From Leptolyngbyaceae cyanobacterium CSU_1_4 (GTDB taxonomy: Bacteria > Cyanobacteriota > Cyanobacteriia > Elainellales > Elainellaceae): a DNA stretch of 64,000 nucleotides. This document shows positions 1 through 9,797 of this stretch, piece after piece; position 1 is the first letter of the stretch; each line of letters begins with the position of its first letter. A model generated the notes under the pieces. That model was not told where the DNA came from. It saw nothing but the letters and a program-made list of their open reading frames with translations, and searched no databases. Position numbers and translations under genes: made by a program. The stretch covers positions 2,242 through 66,241 of the forward strand of contig JAAUPA010000001.1 in the NCBI GenBank assembly GCA_012034615.1, written 5' to 3'.

Positions 1-1140
1 TTTTTGCACCACCGCTAGCAGCTTATCGGCTTCGACAGGCTTAGCTAAATAATCTGAAGCCCCCACCATTTTTGCCCGCACCCGATCGACAATGCCGTCT
101 TTCCCAGTCAAAATAACAATAGGAACATCTTTAAGTACCGAAACCCGTCGAACTTGTACACAAATTTCGTAGCCATTTGCAACGGGCATCATTAGATCTA
201 AGAAAATCAAGCTGGGCTTTAGTTCAATTAACGTGGGTAAGGCTTGCATTGAGTCTTGTATGCTGGTAAACCGATAGCCTGCCGGAGTCAAAATTTGATG
301 GACTGCCTGACACACTTGAAAGCTGTCATCAATGCAAACAATTAAGGGCTGATGGGTAGGAACGCGGCTTGGGGCTGAAGGGGCACCTACTGCCATCTCT
401 TCTTGAAAATCAGGTAGCGTAATGTCGGGAATACTTTGGAAGCCAATCAGCCCCCGATGAATGTATGGAAGGAGCGATCGCGCTACTGTCAGCGGGTTTT
501 GCTTAATTAAGGTGGCAATATCTCGCAGAGTCGAGGCACCGTTGACTAAAGATTTTAGAGTTTTATAAGTGCTAACAGAAGTTTGCTCCTGCAATTCGTT
601 AGTGCGCCGCAGCACGGGTGCAAAATTAGGTGAATACGGGGCTAAGTTGGCGTTGCGCCAAGTTTCCCAAGTGAGCTGTGCCCGCAATAGAATTTGCTCA
701 GCATTAATTAAGGTCAACGGCTCACCAATGGTTTCTGAATTCTCGGAAACGTAAGTCAAATGACTGACCTCATCAATTCCCTGAAGAATGTCAAACAAGA
801 CTTCGTTAACGCTGTGTTGAATCAGCATTACCGCTTGTTCTAAACGAATGCGTTGCCGTTTGATGAGCACCGTGAGCACCAAGTATTCCCAAATTCGTGA
901 AGCCTCTGCTTCACGCAACCGCACCCCGGTTGGACAAATTTCTGGACAAAACTGTGATAGGCTGCGATACCATCGCCGGAAACGGTGCGCTCCTCCTGTT
1001 GCCCATACTAAGCGACCCAGTTGAAAATATAAACTCCAGCATTCTCCTTTCGCCAACTGCAAATCGACTCTACCCGTATAGTGAGAGCGATGATTGACTT
1101 GAAATTGATGAACTAGCTGGTCAACCGTCAAACGTTCCAT
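1..1140 (-). CDS. PatA/PixG-type response regulator (N-terminal PATAN-like domain + C-terminal CheY-like receiver); C-terminus cut by window edge
   Basis: Minus-strand frame is open from the ATG at 1140 to base 1 (380 codons). It is missing from the ORF track because no stop lies in the window. The C-terminal part reads LIVCIDDS...LIFLDLMMPVANGYE...VILTGKDG...GASDYLAKP, a receiver-domain signature. Confidence 0.75.
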   Translation of the reverse strand, partial: MERLTVDQLVHQFQVNHRSHYTGRVDLQLAKGECWSLYFQLGRLVWATGGAHRFRRWYRSLSQFCPEICPTGVRLREAEASRIWEYLVLTVLIKRQRIRLEQAVMLIQHSVNEVLFDILQGIDEVSHLTYVSENSETIGEPLTLINAEQILLRAQLTWETWRNANLAPYSPNFAPVLRRTNELQEQTSVSTYKTLKSLVNGASTLRDIATLIKQNPLTVARSLLPYIHRGLIGFQSIPDITLPDFQEEMAVGAPSAPSRVPTHQPLIVCIDDSFQVCQAVHQILTPAGYRFTSIQDSMQALPTLIELKPSLIFLDLMMPVANGYEICVQVRRVSVLKDVPIVILTGKDGIVDRVRAKMVGASDYLAKPVEADKLLAVVQK

Positions 1141-1444
1141 AGTCTGTGCTCGATTGGCGAATATAATGTCAGGAATGCTGATCCTGGCAGACTTTCCATA
1201 GGGCTAGGGTTCCCATCCTAAGTCACGACTTCACTATGGATTGAGAACTTATCTAGGATCAATAAGACGATGAGGACGTGGGTTTTCGGCACTGTTGAAT
1301 GACAGTATAAAAATCCAGTTTTTTCTCTCAGATGGAATGGACTAGAGGTTTAGCCACGCAGCAAGAGGCTTCTCCCCCAAGCCTTCGCTCCCAGGAAAAG
1401 CGCTCCGAAGGGAGTCATCTCTTGATGCTGCAACGCCTTTTTTT

Positions 1445-2533
1445 CTAGAGAAATACTATGAAATCTTGCCCCAAGAATAGGGCGCGCTCGGCTTGGCGGC
1501 GACGGGTTAAACCAGGCAGTTCTTGACCGTTACCCTTATTCCAGCGCAACAGTTGATCTGCGGCTCCTAAGTAGTCTTTTTGGTTGAGGAGTTGTATCAA
1601 TGTTGACCTCACAAACTCTGTTTCTCCAATGTTGTAAATAAAGGAAACTAGGGCGGAGAATTGATTATCGGTGAGAGGCACCTTCACTGCGTTGGCGATC
1701 GCCGCTTCAAAGGTGGCAAGATCTTTTTTCAAAAATGCTTCCGCTTCCGCTGGCGAAATCCGCATTCCTGGCACAACCCCTGACGTAGTACCATAACCAA
1801 TTGTCCAGACCCCAACCGCATCTAAATACGCCTCCAAGCGCAGTCCCTCTAAGGTTTTCAGGATGCGTAGCCCATCAGCATTAATTTTTCCCGTACTGAT
1901 ACTGGTACTACTGGTAGCGGTGGAAGAGTGGGTGGAAGAGTGGGTGGAAGAGTGGGTGGAAGAGTGGGTGGAAGAGTGGGTTAAAGATACTACTTTGCCA
2001 TTGTGCAAGAGCTGCACCGTGGGACGATAAACATACCAAGTATTACGTCCTTTAAATGCTAGTTGTCTACCTTGCGGATCTAACCCCAGTGATATTTTAA
2101 GGTGGTCATCTTTAACGGGTTCGTAACTCGATAGGGCAATCAGGCTACCCGCATCTACGAACTGTTTTTGATCGTTGGGTAGCAGGGCACTTTGAACAGT
2201 GCTGAGCTTAAACCAGGTATCTATTGCAACCCTAAGGGCGTAGCTTGAACTGGGAATAGATTTGGCGATCGCAATCACTTGCCCATCTCGCAAAACTTGT
2301 ACGGTGGGACGGTAGGCATACCAAGTGTTACGTCCCTTAAAGAAAACTTGCCGACCTTGCGGATCTTGACCAAAGGCGACCCGGATATGATCGGCTCCAA
2401 CTGCCTCAAAATTGGCGATCGGCAAGACTGCCCCTGCGCTGATATATTGCTTTTGCTCATCTGGTAATTTTGAACCCTGGTCAGTGCTGAGCTTGAGCCA
2501 GGTATCCAACATAATCTTGAGAGAATAAGCCAC
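1445..2533 (-). CDS. GH24 (phage T4/lambda-type) lysozyme with two N-terminal ~90-aa repeat domains and an (HSST)5 linker
   Basis: C-terminal EGLRLEAYLDAVGVWTIGYGTT...FSALVSFIYNIG...RRRQAERALF matches the GH24 muramidase signature. The N-terminal half is an internal duplication (DTWLKLST...FKGRNTWYAYRPTVQVL versus DTWFKLST...FKGRNTWYVYRPTVQLL). Confidence 0.8.
   Translation of the reverse strand: MAYSLKIMLDTWLKLSTDQGSKLPDEQKQYISAGAVLPIANFEAVGADHIRVAFGQDPQGRQVFFKGRNTWYAYRPTVQVLRDGQVIAIAKSIPSSSYALRVAIDTWFKLSTVQSALLPNDQKQFVDAGSLIALSSYEPVKDDHLKISLGLDPQGRQLAFKGRNTWYVYRPTVQLLHNGKVVSLTHSSTHSSTHSSTHSSTHSSTATSSTSISTGKINADGLRILKTLEGLRLEAYLDAVGVWTIGYGTTSGVVPGMRISPAEAEAFLKKDLATFEAAIANAVKVPLTDNQFSALVSFIYNIGETEFVRSTLIQLLNQKDYLGAADQLLRWNKGNGQELPGLTRRRQAERALFLGQDFIVFL
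1921..1980. repeat. 12-bp in-frame tandem repeat x5 (tggaagagtggg), encoding HSST x5 in the lysozyme linker
   Basis: Five perfect head-to-tail copies read directly in the sequence. Confidence 0.95.
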
Positions 2534-2844
2534 AGTTTCTGCCCCTTAATTTGATCCAATGCTATTTGCCAAATGTGCTGAGTTTCAGTTGCTGCGGAAG
2601 GATAGCTGTAGGGAACTACCTGAATCTAGCCTGCCCAGCCGCATCGCAACAGGTTTCTTAGAAACTTGGCATAAGCGCATCTTTGAGGATACCTAGCTTT
2701 ACTTCTCCTTTGTACAAGTAATTATACGGGTTTGATTATTTGGGGGTTTGATTATTTTGTCCTGATTAAATGAATCTGCCTGCGTAACTTGAGTTAAGAA
2801 TACTCAGACCGCACCTTTCAGGTTATTGCCAGGTCATTATCACT

Positions 2845-4191
2845 ATGCGCGTTTCACCTATTACTCTCTATGCCCTAAGTGCTGTCGCTGCTGGAGATTT
2901 AACCCAAAAAGCGATCGCCGCTCCGACTCCCCCGGACGCATCGTCTGCGGCCGAAGATTTAGCGGCATTGCCGGAGGCTTTGTCTACGGATGTGATTGTT
3001 GCTTCTACTGCGCCTGCCGAGTCTATCGTAGTAGAACCCTTCACTAGCGCTAAAGTTCCCGATCCCCGCATGGATGCTGCTTTTATTGACACTGTTTTTA
3101 TTGATACTGTTTCGACGGTCGCTCTAGATCTGGCTTTGGCAGATCAAAGTGGCGGGGCGATCGCTCCACCCCACCCACCCCACACCGAGCCCTCTATTGC
3201 TGAAACCGAATCAGGCGTGACCGTCGCCGGACTCATGACCTTTGATACGACCCCTGAATCTGCTTCGAGTCCTGAAAGGCGCATTGAGCCTAGAATTCCT
3301 CTTGCAACGGCGCTTCCGGATCTGCCTGATGGAGTTGCCGAACTCACCGCCCAAGCGACTCCCACCGCTCCTAATTCTGAGGCTCCAACCTCTCCTGTCC
3401 AAAATCCTGCCCAAAATCCTGCCGACTCCGATACTGATCCGACTGATGCAGAAATTGAAGAGTTGCAACGCCAGTTAAACGCAGTGCCCGCCCTTCAAGA
3501 TGACTTTGGCGACGAGTTTGGTGGTTCTCCAGCCATCACTATTTCTAACCCCAGTGGACGAGGTGCCGATCGCTTTACTGCCTTCTTGAACACTAGCTTT
3601 CAATCAGATGCACGGTTTACCAATCGAGCTGATGCCGGTTTGGGCGTGGGTATTGGTTTAGGCGATGCGCAGCGGGCTGTGGCACTTCAGCTTTCTTATA
3701 CCCTGGCAAGCTTTGGCACCTTGGGGCGAGACTTTGGCACAGGTGGTTTTAATGCCAAACTGCATCACCAATTTCCCAAGGGCTTGAGCGCAGCCTTGGG
3801 CTGGGAAGGCTTTATCACCCTAGGCGACGATGTCGATTTTGAAGATACTGTTTATGGCAGCGTGACTCAAATTATTCGGACGACCCCGAATATCGATCAG
3901 CCCCTCAGCCGGATTGCCTTGACTGCTGGAGTAGGGAACGGGCGCTTTCGTTCAGAAGAAGATTTTAATAACGGTGTTGATGCGGTCAATGTATTTGGCA
4001 GTGCCGCCGTCCGGATTGCTCGTCCTCTGAGCGTAATTGTGGAGTGGACGGGACAAGACTTGGCGGCAGGGCTTTCGATTACGCCCATTCGCAACTTTCC
4101 TTTAGTCATTACTCCGGCACTACGAGATATTGCGGGGGCAGGAGACGGTGCGCGCTTCGTCATTGGTACGGGCGTTTCATTCCAGTTTTAA
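2845..4191 (+). CDS. Secreted protein with Pro/Ala-rich spacer and C-terminal beta-barrel-like domain ending in Phe (putative outer-membrane protein)
   Basis: 448-aa ORF with a signal-like N-terminus (MRVSPITLYALSAVAAG). The C-terminal ~230 aa are rich in alternating Gly/aromatic residues and end ...GTGVSFQF, as outer-membrane barrels typically do. Confidence 0.5.
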   Translation: MRVSPITLYALSAVAAGDLTQKAIAAPTPPDASSAAEDLAALPEALSTDVIVASTAPAESIVVEPFTSAKVPDPRMDAAFIDTVFIDTVSTVALDLALADQSGGAIAPPHPPHTEPSIAETESGVTVAGLMTFDTTPESASSPERRIEPRIPLATALPDLPDGVAELTAQATPTAPNSEAPTSPVQNPAQNPADSDTDPTDAEIEELQRQLNAVPALQDDFGDEFGGSPAITISNPSGRGADRFTAFLNTSFQSDARFTNRADAGLGVGIGLGDAQRAVALQLSYTLASFGTLGRDFGTGGFNAKLHHQFPKGLSAALGWEGFITLGDDVDFEDTVYGSVTQIIRTTPNIDQPLSRIALTAGVGNGRFRSEEDFNNGVDAVNVFGSAAVRIARPLSVIVEWTGQDLAAGLSITPIRNFPLVITPALRDIAGAGDGARFVIGTGVSFQF

Positions 4192-4203
4192 GAGGAGGAA
4201 AAA

Positions 4204-4662
4204 GTGATGATACAAGCGATTCAAAAAATGAGTGGTAGAAAGTTTGGCAGACTGATCATCGGCGGATGTCTTAGCTTGCTGCCTTTTATTATATTGCCGG
4301 GAGCGATCGCCCAAGAGCTGCCGAATGGTAATGCCTCTGACAACACGGGCACGACTGTGACCGAACCGACCCTTGAGACGCGCGATGGCGATGAGAATTT
4401 TGTAGACCAAGATGTTTTGGATGCTGCCGAGCGTTTTTCAACCCAGTTAGGCAATGCCCGAATTGCCTGTGCCGATTCTAGAGTGGCAGCGGCTAATCTC
4501 CCTCGCCGTTTTGCCCGAGGTCCCGTCACCCAGACGGTTTGCGTGAGCCAGGAATGTCAAACATTACGGGTGGTTACTCAGCAAGCTAAAGAGTTTTTAC
4601 AAAGTCTCGATCAGGCACAGCGCGATCGCCTTCGCCAAATTCAAGCCCTCCAACTTTGGTAA
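4204..4662 (+). CDS. Hypothetical secreted protein
   Basis: 152-aa ORF lying 13 nt after the preceding gene. It has a hydrophobic signal-like segment (LIIGGCLSLLPFIILPGAIAQ). I recognise no family. Confidence 0.45.
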   Translation: MMIQAIQKMSGRKFGRLIIGGCLSLLPFIILPGAIAQELPNGNASDNTGTTVTEPTLETRDGDENFVDQDVLDAAERFSTQLGNARIACADSRVAAANLPRRFARGPVTQTVCVSQECQTLRVVTQQAKEFLQSLDQAQRDRLRQIQALQLW

Positions 4663-4693
4663 GCCTCCCTGTCTTTTCATCCCCCCAATTCCT

Positions 4694-5395
4694 ATGCTGA
4701 CCTCCAAAAACTATTCCCCGCTGTTTCAAAAAGCTGTTCTCGTCGCCACTTTACTAGGCGGATTGTTCACTGCCCCAGCCTCTGCCCAAGAACAATTCGA
4801 TGGGAATGGCATTCAGTTTGAAGTAGACACCGTTGTTGAATTTGAGTTTTTAGAATCTCACGGTGCATACCAATCGACCTTTGGCATCGTCAATTTGCAA
4901 ACGGGTGAAAAAACGCCGCTCATTCAAGAAGTTAAACCTTCAGATACTCCGCAAAACACTGAGATTCCCTCGAACTATCAAGACGATATTGGCAGGGCTT
5001 CAGATTTTTTAGGATCGGTGGGCAATACGGTGACTCAGCCGTTAGCAGAGTTTAACTTTAAGGCAAATACGCTTTACGCCTTTTATTTAGAATCTTTTCT
5101 CAACGGTCAATCCGAAGAGATTTTTTATTCGGTTGATAGCCGCAACCCCAATAATACGCAGCGCATTAAATTTGATAGTGCGATCGATCGCCTGGGCAAG
5201 GGCGGTATCATGCTGAACTGGGACGATACAGGTTCGTTGCTAGTGGCGACTCCTGAAGAAGACCGAGATTTTGATGACTTTTTGGTACGAGCAGGCGGCA
5301 ATTTGGCTTGCGTTTATGATCAGGTGAGCCGTGCTGAGACGAACAATTTGGTGGCAGCAAATCCTCACGGAGTTTGTGAAGCGCCTCAGAGCTGA
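4694..5395 (+). CDS. Secreted DUF4114-like protein
   Basis: 233-aa ORF with a signal peptide (VATLLGGLFTAPASAQE). The C-terminal motif WDDTGS...DRDFDDFLVRAGG resembles DUF4114. Confidence 0.5.
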   Translation: MLTSKNYSPLFQKAVLVATLLGGLFTAPASAQEQFDGNGIQFEVDTVVEFEFLESHGAYQSTFGIVNLQTGEKTPLIQEVKPSDTPQNTEIPSNYQDDIGRASDFLGSVGNTVTQPLAEFNFKANTLYAFYLESFLNGQSEEIFYSVDSRNPNNTQRIKFDSAIDRLGKGGIMLNWDDTGSLLVATPEEDRDFDDFLVRAGGNLACVYDQVSRAETNNLVAANPHGVCEAPQS

Positions 5396-5508
5396 TCATT
5401 TCTGGCGATTAATCTATAGCAAGACAGCGCTGCCCCCGCCAGAGGATCACCCTCTGCATCAACCTACCGTATACCCACAAGTCTAAGCTAGCTACGCTTC
5501 AGTCTTTT

Positions 5509-5591
5509 CCGCTCCCTAACCCTCCAAAATGGGGGACTTTGAAGCCGATCGGTAGTTTAGAAGTCCCCCATTTTGAAGGGTTAGGGAGCGG
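5509..5591. mobile_element. MITE-like palindromic element, divergent copy
   Basis: 31-nt arms ccgctccctaaccctccaaaatgggggactt / aagtcccccattttgaagggttagggagcgg form a near-perfect inverted repeat. The core is shared with the elements at 25573, 29915, 44431 and 51764. Confidence 0.6.
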
Positions 5592-5795
5592 TTCATCAGG
5601 GACTTTGCTAGATTCGATCGCTTGTGCCACCTCTTCCCTCAATCACATCCACCCCTCCACCCCTCCACCCCTCCACAGCGGCCCTGTTTCCTGAAATCAG
5701 CATAATTTCCTGCCCTCTCCGTTTACCCACCGGGGGAATAGTGCGATCGATACCTTGCCCTTCATAATAGGGGCAAGAGTATTGCGAGATTAAAT

Positions 5796-6782
5796 ATGGC
5801 AACTGACTTTGTTCTATTCATTCACGGGGTCAATACGCGCCTTAGCCCCAACAATCCTAGCTATGCCCAGAGCTTAATGCAGCTTTTGACCCAGTTTGAT
5901 GCCCTCGCCACTCCGCCCTTGGTCATGAAAGAACTGGACTGGTTTAAAGTCATGGAAGAGGCGGAAGCCCTTTTGCTCGAATGGCTTGACGAATCCGACC
6001 ATTGGCGGCGCTCGTGGTTTCAAGATTTTCGACGACGGCAAATTATCCCCTTTACCGGAGATGCCGCTCTTTATATCAGTCGATACATTGGCTCGGAAGT
6101 GGTGACGATATTGAGAGACCAAGCTGAGGAAATTTTAAAGACCTGTGACCCAGGGAGCGATCGCTTGCATTTAGTGGCGCACAGTTGGGGAACGGTCATT
6201 CTATTCGATATTTTATTTGCTGGACGGTGGGATAACCGTGAAATTCCAGGTTATGAAGATGCTCAAATGATTCGCCGTGCCATTTTTGGGCTGGGAGCAG
6301 ACAACGAGAAAAGACAGGGCATCCGAATTGCTAGCATCCACACCCTCGGTTCGCCGATCGCCCTAGCGAATTTAATTAATTTGAAGCGCATTGAAATTGA
6401 TACGGGTGAAGATCTAACGCAGCGAAAAATTCAAACCGTCTTCACTCACGATATTACCTATGGCTTAGAACAGTTACTCACAGAACTTTACAATACTCAG
6501 CAACAGCCGCTTTTATGGCGAAACTTTGCCCATGTGGGTGACCCGATCGCCTATCCCCTAGCAACGATTATTCCTAGATTAATTAACCCCGACGCACCCG
6601 ATGGAAAATACCTCGATATTCGAGATGTTTCTACGCGGGGCAGCGGCTGGCTGGAATGGTTAGCCAGCCCCCTCTACAAAACGTTTTTAGCTTTAATTAA
6701 TGGCGGTAGTGCCCACAGCAGTTATTGGAAGAGTAAGCAAGTTGCCCAAACTATTATTCAAAGCATTCGCGGTAACGGTTAG
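5796..6782 (+). CDS. Alpha/beta-hydrolase-fold protein (lipase-like), function unknown
   Basis: 328-aa ORF. FVLFIHGVNT and the nucleophile-elbow-like LVAHSWGT motif suggest an alpha/beta hydrolase. Confidence 0.5.
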   Translation: MATDFVLFIHGVNTRLSPNNPSYAQSLMQLLTQFDALATPPLVMKELDWFKVMEEAEALLLEWLDESDHWRRSWFQDFRRRQIIPFTGDAALYISRYIGSEVVTILRDQAEEILKTCDPGSDRLHLVAHSWGTVILFDILFAGRWDNREIPGYEDAQMIRRAIFGLGADNEKRQGIRIASIHTLGSPIALANLINLKRIEIDTGEDLTQRKIQTVFTHDITYGLEQLLTELYNTQQQPLLWRNFAHVGDPIAYPLATIIPRLINPDAPDGKYLDIRDVSTRGSGWLEWLASPLYKTFLALINGGSAHSSYWKSKQVAQTIIQSIRGNG

Positions 6783-6853
6783 ACAGCAGCCTATTGTATG
6801 AAAAAGCAGGCTCCCTCAAGGCAGCCTGCTTCTCTTGAAAGTTTTTTCTTAAC

Positions 6854-6991
6854 TTATCTAAAACCCACTGACGCTTGCCAAACAAAAGCCAGTAGTAAGA
6901 AGAACACCGGGATCACGGGTAGAACATCTACCAGAGGATCAAAAATTGCGTAGGCTTCGGGTAATTTTGCTAATAGCATTGCCGCTTCCAT
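6854..6991 (-). CDS. psbK: Photosystem II reaction centre protein K
   Basis: 45-codon minus-strand ORF, below the ORF-track cutoff. It translates to [45 protein letters not shown], the canonical PsbK sequence. Confidence 0.93.
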   Translation of the reverse strand: MEAAMLLAKLPEAYAIFDPLVDVLPVIPVFFLLLAFVWQASVGFR

Positions 6992-7068
6992 GAATCAATC
7001 TACCTCTTTAACACAGCTTGAGAATTGTTAAAGATCCTAACATGAGCAGGGTTATAGAAGCTTATCGG

Positions 7069-7251
7069 TCAATGCTTTTTCCTAGCTTTCCAAGTGCCGC
7101 CGTAGGTATAGTGTAGGTTATCTTGACGGATGCTAGGAAAGCAGCGATCGCACACAAAGAACCAGCGTAAAGAGGCATCGTACTGAACGCGATAGAGAAC
7201 AGGAGCAGCCAAGAAACAGCGATCGCACTTTTTCACCCGCTCTTCTCGCAT
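7069..7251 (-). CDS. Small Cys-rich hypothetical protein (two CDRCF motifs)
   Basis: 60-aa ORF containing CDRCF...CDRCF. Four tandem 13-bp repeats lie directly upstream. Confidence 0.4.
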   Translation of the reverse strand: MREERVKKCDRCFLAAPVLYRVQYDASLRWFFVCDRCFPSIRQDNLHYTYGGTWKARKKH

Positions 7252-7266
7252 CGCTATCCCCTTGAA

Positions 7267-7319
7267 ATTCGTGATTAACGATTCGTGATTAAGATTTGTG
7301 ATTAAGATTCATGATTAAC
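7267..7319. repeat. 13/14-bp tandem repeat x4 (attcgtgattaa-type)
   Basis: attcgtgattaacg / attcgtgattaag / atttgtgattaag / attcatgattaac read head to tail. They sit between the 60-aa ORF start and the PIN/TRAM gene stop. Confidence 0.9.
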
Positions 7320-7329
7320 TGAGCGCCGC

Positions 7330-8409
7330 CTATGCCATCACTGATGCTTCAGGACGGGCAAAAATCATGCGTCCAGCAGAGGTTTGCAGCGCTCCGGTCA
7401 CCACGACTGTCACAGCATCGCCAATTAAAGCCCCACCTTCTTCCACCACCACCATCGTGCCATCATTTAAATAACCAACGCCTTGAGCAGGCTCTTTCCC
7501 TTGCTTGAGAATTTTGAGATCGAGCGAATCTCCAGGCAGATAAGCCGGACGCATTGCCTGAGCTAACTCATTAATATTCAAAACCGTTACTTTTTGTAAA
7601 CTAGCAACTTTATTAAGGTTGTAATCATTGGTCAGCAGCATTCCATTAATGTCTTGTGCCAGCCGCACCAGCTTGGCATCTACGGTTGCCACATCTTCAT
7701 AATCAGCCGGATGAATGGTAATGCGAGTCGGAAAAGCTTCTTGAATTTGATTTAGGATGTCTAGCCCTCTGCGTCCCCGTACCCGCTTTTGGTCGTTAGA
7801 AGAATCAGCAACCTGTTGCAGTTCTTGCAGTACAAAGCGGGGAATTAAGATTTGACCTTCTAGAAAACCTGTAGCTAGCAAATCCTGAATGCGTCCGTCG
7901 ATAATGCAGCTTGTATCTAAAATTTTGGTTGTTGTTGGCTTTAAGGTGCCCTCTGCCATCAACATGGATTCAACGCTGTTGGGGTTAATTAACCGTAACA
8001 ACGTTCGCCCATGAACATCCGCTAAATTGATGCCTGAGAAGGCAAATATAACGCTGCTTAATACGGCTGCCAAAGGTTTAATAAACGCAAATTCTCGGGG
8101 AATGGGCAACAGAAAAATAGGAGCTAGCATGAGGTTGGCAACTAGCAGCCCGAGCACAAGCCCCACGGCACGGCTGAGTAACATATCGACGGGCATGTCT
8201 CGGACTTGGCGCTCAATGCGGCGATAGCTGGTTTGGGCGACCAGCCCGATCGCCAACCCCATTAAAGCTCCAAACCCGCCGGTCACGGTGCTCAAGCCCT
8301 CTAGGTTGCTGACTTGTTCTAGAGCGCTGGTGGGCAAGAAATCGACGCTAAAAAAGCCAATTCCTCCGCCTGCTATGATGAATGAAATAATAATGATTGC
8401 GTCGAGCAT
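7330..8409 (-). CDS. PIN/TRAM domain-containing membrane protein (YacL-like)
   Basis: 359-aa ORF with four N-terminal hydrophobic segments, a central PIN-like region (ILDTSCIIDGRI...) and a C-terminal TRAM-like beta domain (GDAVTVVVTGALQTSAGRMIFARP). Confidence 0.7.
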   Translation of the reverse strand: MLDAIIIISFIIAGGGIGFFSVDFLPTSALEQVSNLEGLSTVTGGFGALMGLAIGLVAQTSYRRIERQVRDMPVDMLLSRAVGLVLGLLVANLMLAPIFLLPIPREFAFIKPLAAVLSSVIFAFSGINLADVHGRTLLRLINPNSVESMLMAEGTLKPTTTKILDTSCIIDGRIQDLLATGFLEGQILIPRFVLQELQQVADSSNDQKRVRGRRGLDILNQIQEAFPTRITIHPADYEDVATVDAKLVRLAQDINGMLLTNDYNLNKVASLQKVTVLNINELAQAMRPAYLPGDSLDLKILKQGKEPAQGVGYLNDGTMVVVEEGGALIGDAVTVVVTGALQTSAGRMIFARPEASVMA

Positions 8410-8544
8410 GGCTTCAATCCAACTGGATTACTGTGCAATGGTGGCGATTAGACCACTGCCGATCGAAGACGAGCTTGCACAGCCCTATTATATATCTCAC
8501 CTCTACATCTAAACGCTTTTGAGCTTTTCGAGTGAGCCTTGCCC

Positions 8545-9743
8545 ATGTCTCTCGCGTTTGATCTGCCTACAGCGGCTTATGTTCATATTCCGTTTTGTCG
8601 GCGGCGCTGCTTCTATTGCGACTTTCCGATTTCAGTTGTGGGCGATCGCCCACCCCTCAACTCTAGCTTTGGCTCAATTGCAGAATATGTCGAGATTGTG
8701 TGTCGAGAGATTGCAACGACCACCGCTCCTAGCACAATTCCTCTGACCTCAGTTTTCTTCGGAGGCGGTACGCCCTCTTTGCTCACTGTCGAAGAGTTAG
8801 CGCAAATTCTGAATACGCTCGATCGCCACTTTGGCATTGCCACCCCCGCCGAAATTTCAATGGAGATCGATCCCGGTACCTTCGATCTCCGACATCTCCA
8901 AGGGTATTGCGCCGCTGGAATCAATCGCGTCAGTTTAGGCGTGCAATCGTTCTACCTCGAAATTCTGCAAGCCTGTGGCAGAACCCATACTCCTGCCGAA
9001 ATTTTCGCCGCAGTAGATCTGATCCATCAAGTCAACTTGCCTAATTTTAGCCTCGACCTCATCTCCGGACTGCCTCATTTAACGTTAGAGCGTTGGCAGG
9101 ACTCTTTAGAAAAAGCGATCGCCCTCTCCCCCCTCACCTGTCGATCTATGACCTGACTATCGAACCCGGCACCTCTTTCGATCGCTGGTACAAGCCGGGT
9201 GCCGCCCCCCTACCCACCGACGAAATGACCGCGCAAATGTATCGCCTTGCCCAACAAACCCTAACCGCCGCAGGATATGAGCATTACGAAATCTCTAACT
9301 ATGGGCGATCGGGCTATCAATGCCGCCATAACCGGGTGTACTGGGAGAACCGCCCCTACTATGGTTTTGGCATGGCAGCAGCCAGCTATGTGAAGGGGCA
9401 GCGGTTTGTGCGTCCGCGTAAACGCCGAGAGTATTTTGCGTGGGTGGAGGAGCTAGAGAAGAATGGCGGGGCGATCGATTGCGCCGTAGTTTCTGTAGAA
9501 GAAATGCTGTTAGATACATTGATGCTGGGGCTACGGTTGGCGGAGGGTCTGAGTGTTGAGGGGGTGCGATCGGACTTTGGCACAGTTGTATCAACCAAAG
9601 TCTTAAAAGCTCTTCAACCCTACCTAAAAGCCGGATGGGTGGAAATGACCAACCGACCAGAGCCCCGCATCAAATTGATCGATCCAGAAGGCTTTTTATT
9701 TTCTAACGTTGTCCTAGCGACTTTATTTGAAAAACTTGGCTAA
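8545..9743 (+). pseudogene. hemW: Radical SAM heme chaperone HemW (HemN-like), one frameshift as assembled (probably intact in vivo)
   Basis: AYVHIPFCRRRCFYCDF is the radical-SAM CxxxCxxC motif. The frame breaks in the C6 run at 9128-9133. Adding one C restores ...AIALSPPHLSIYDLTIEPGTSF.... Confidence 0.85.
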
Positions 9744-9797
9744 TCACCAGCAACACGCGACCCCTCAAGATTTGATACTCTAACTCTATTCAGTCTC

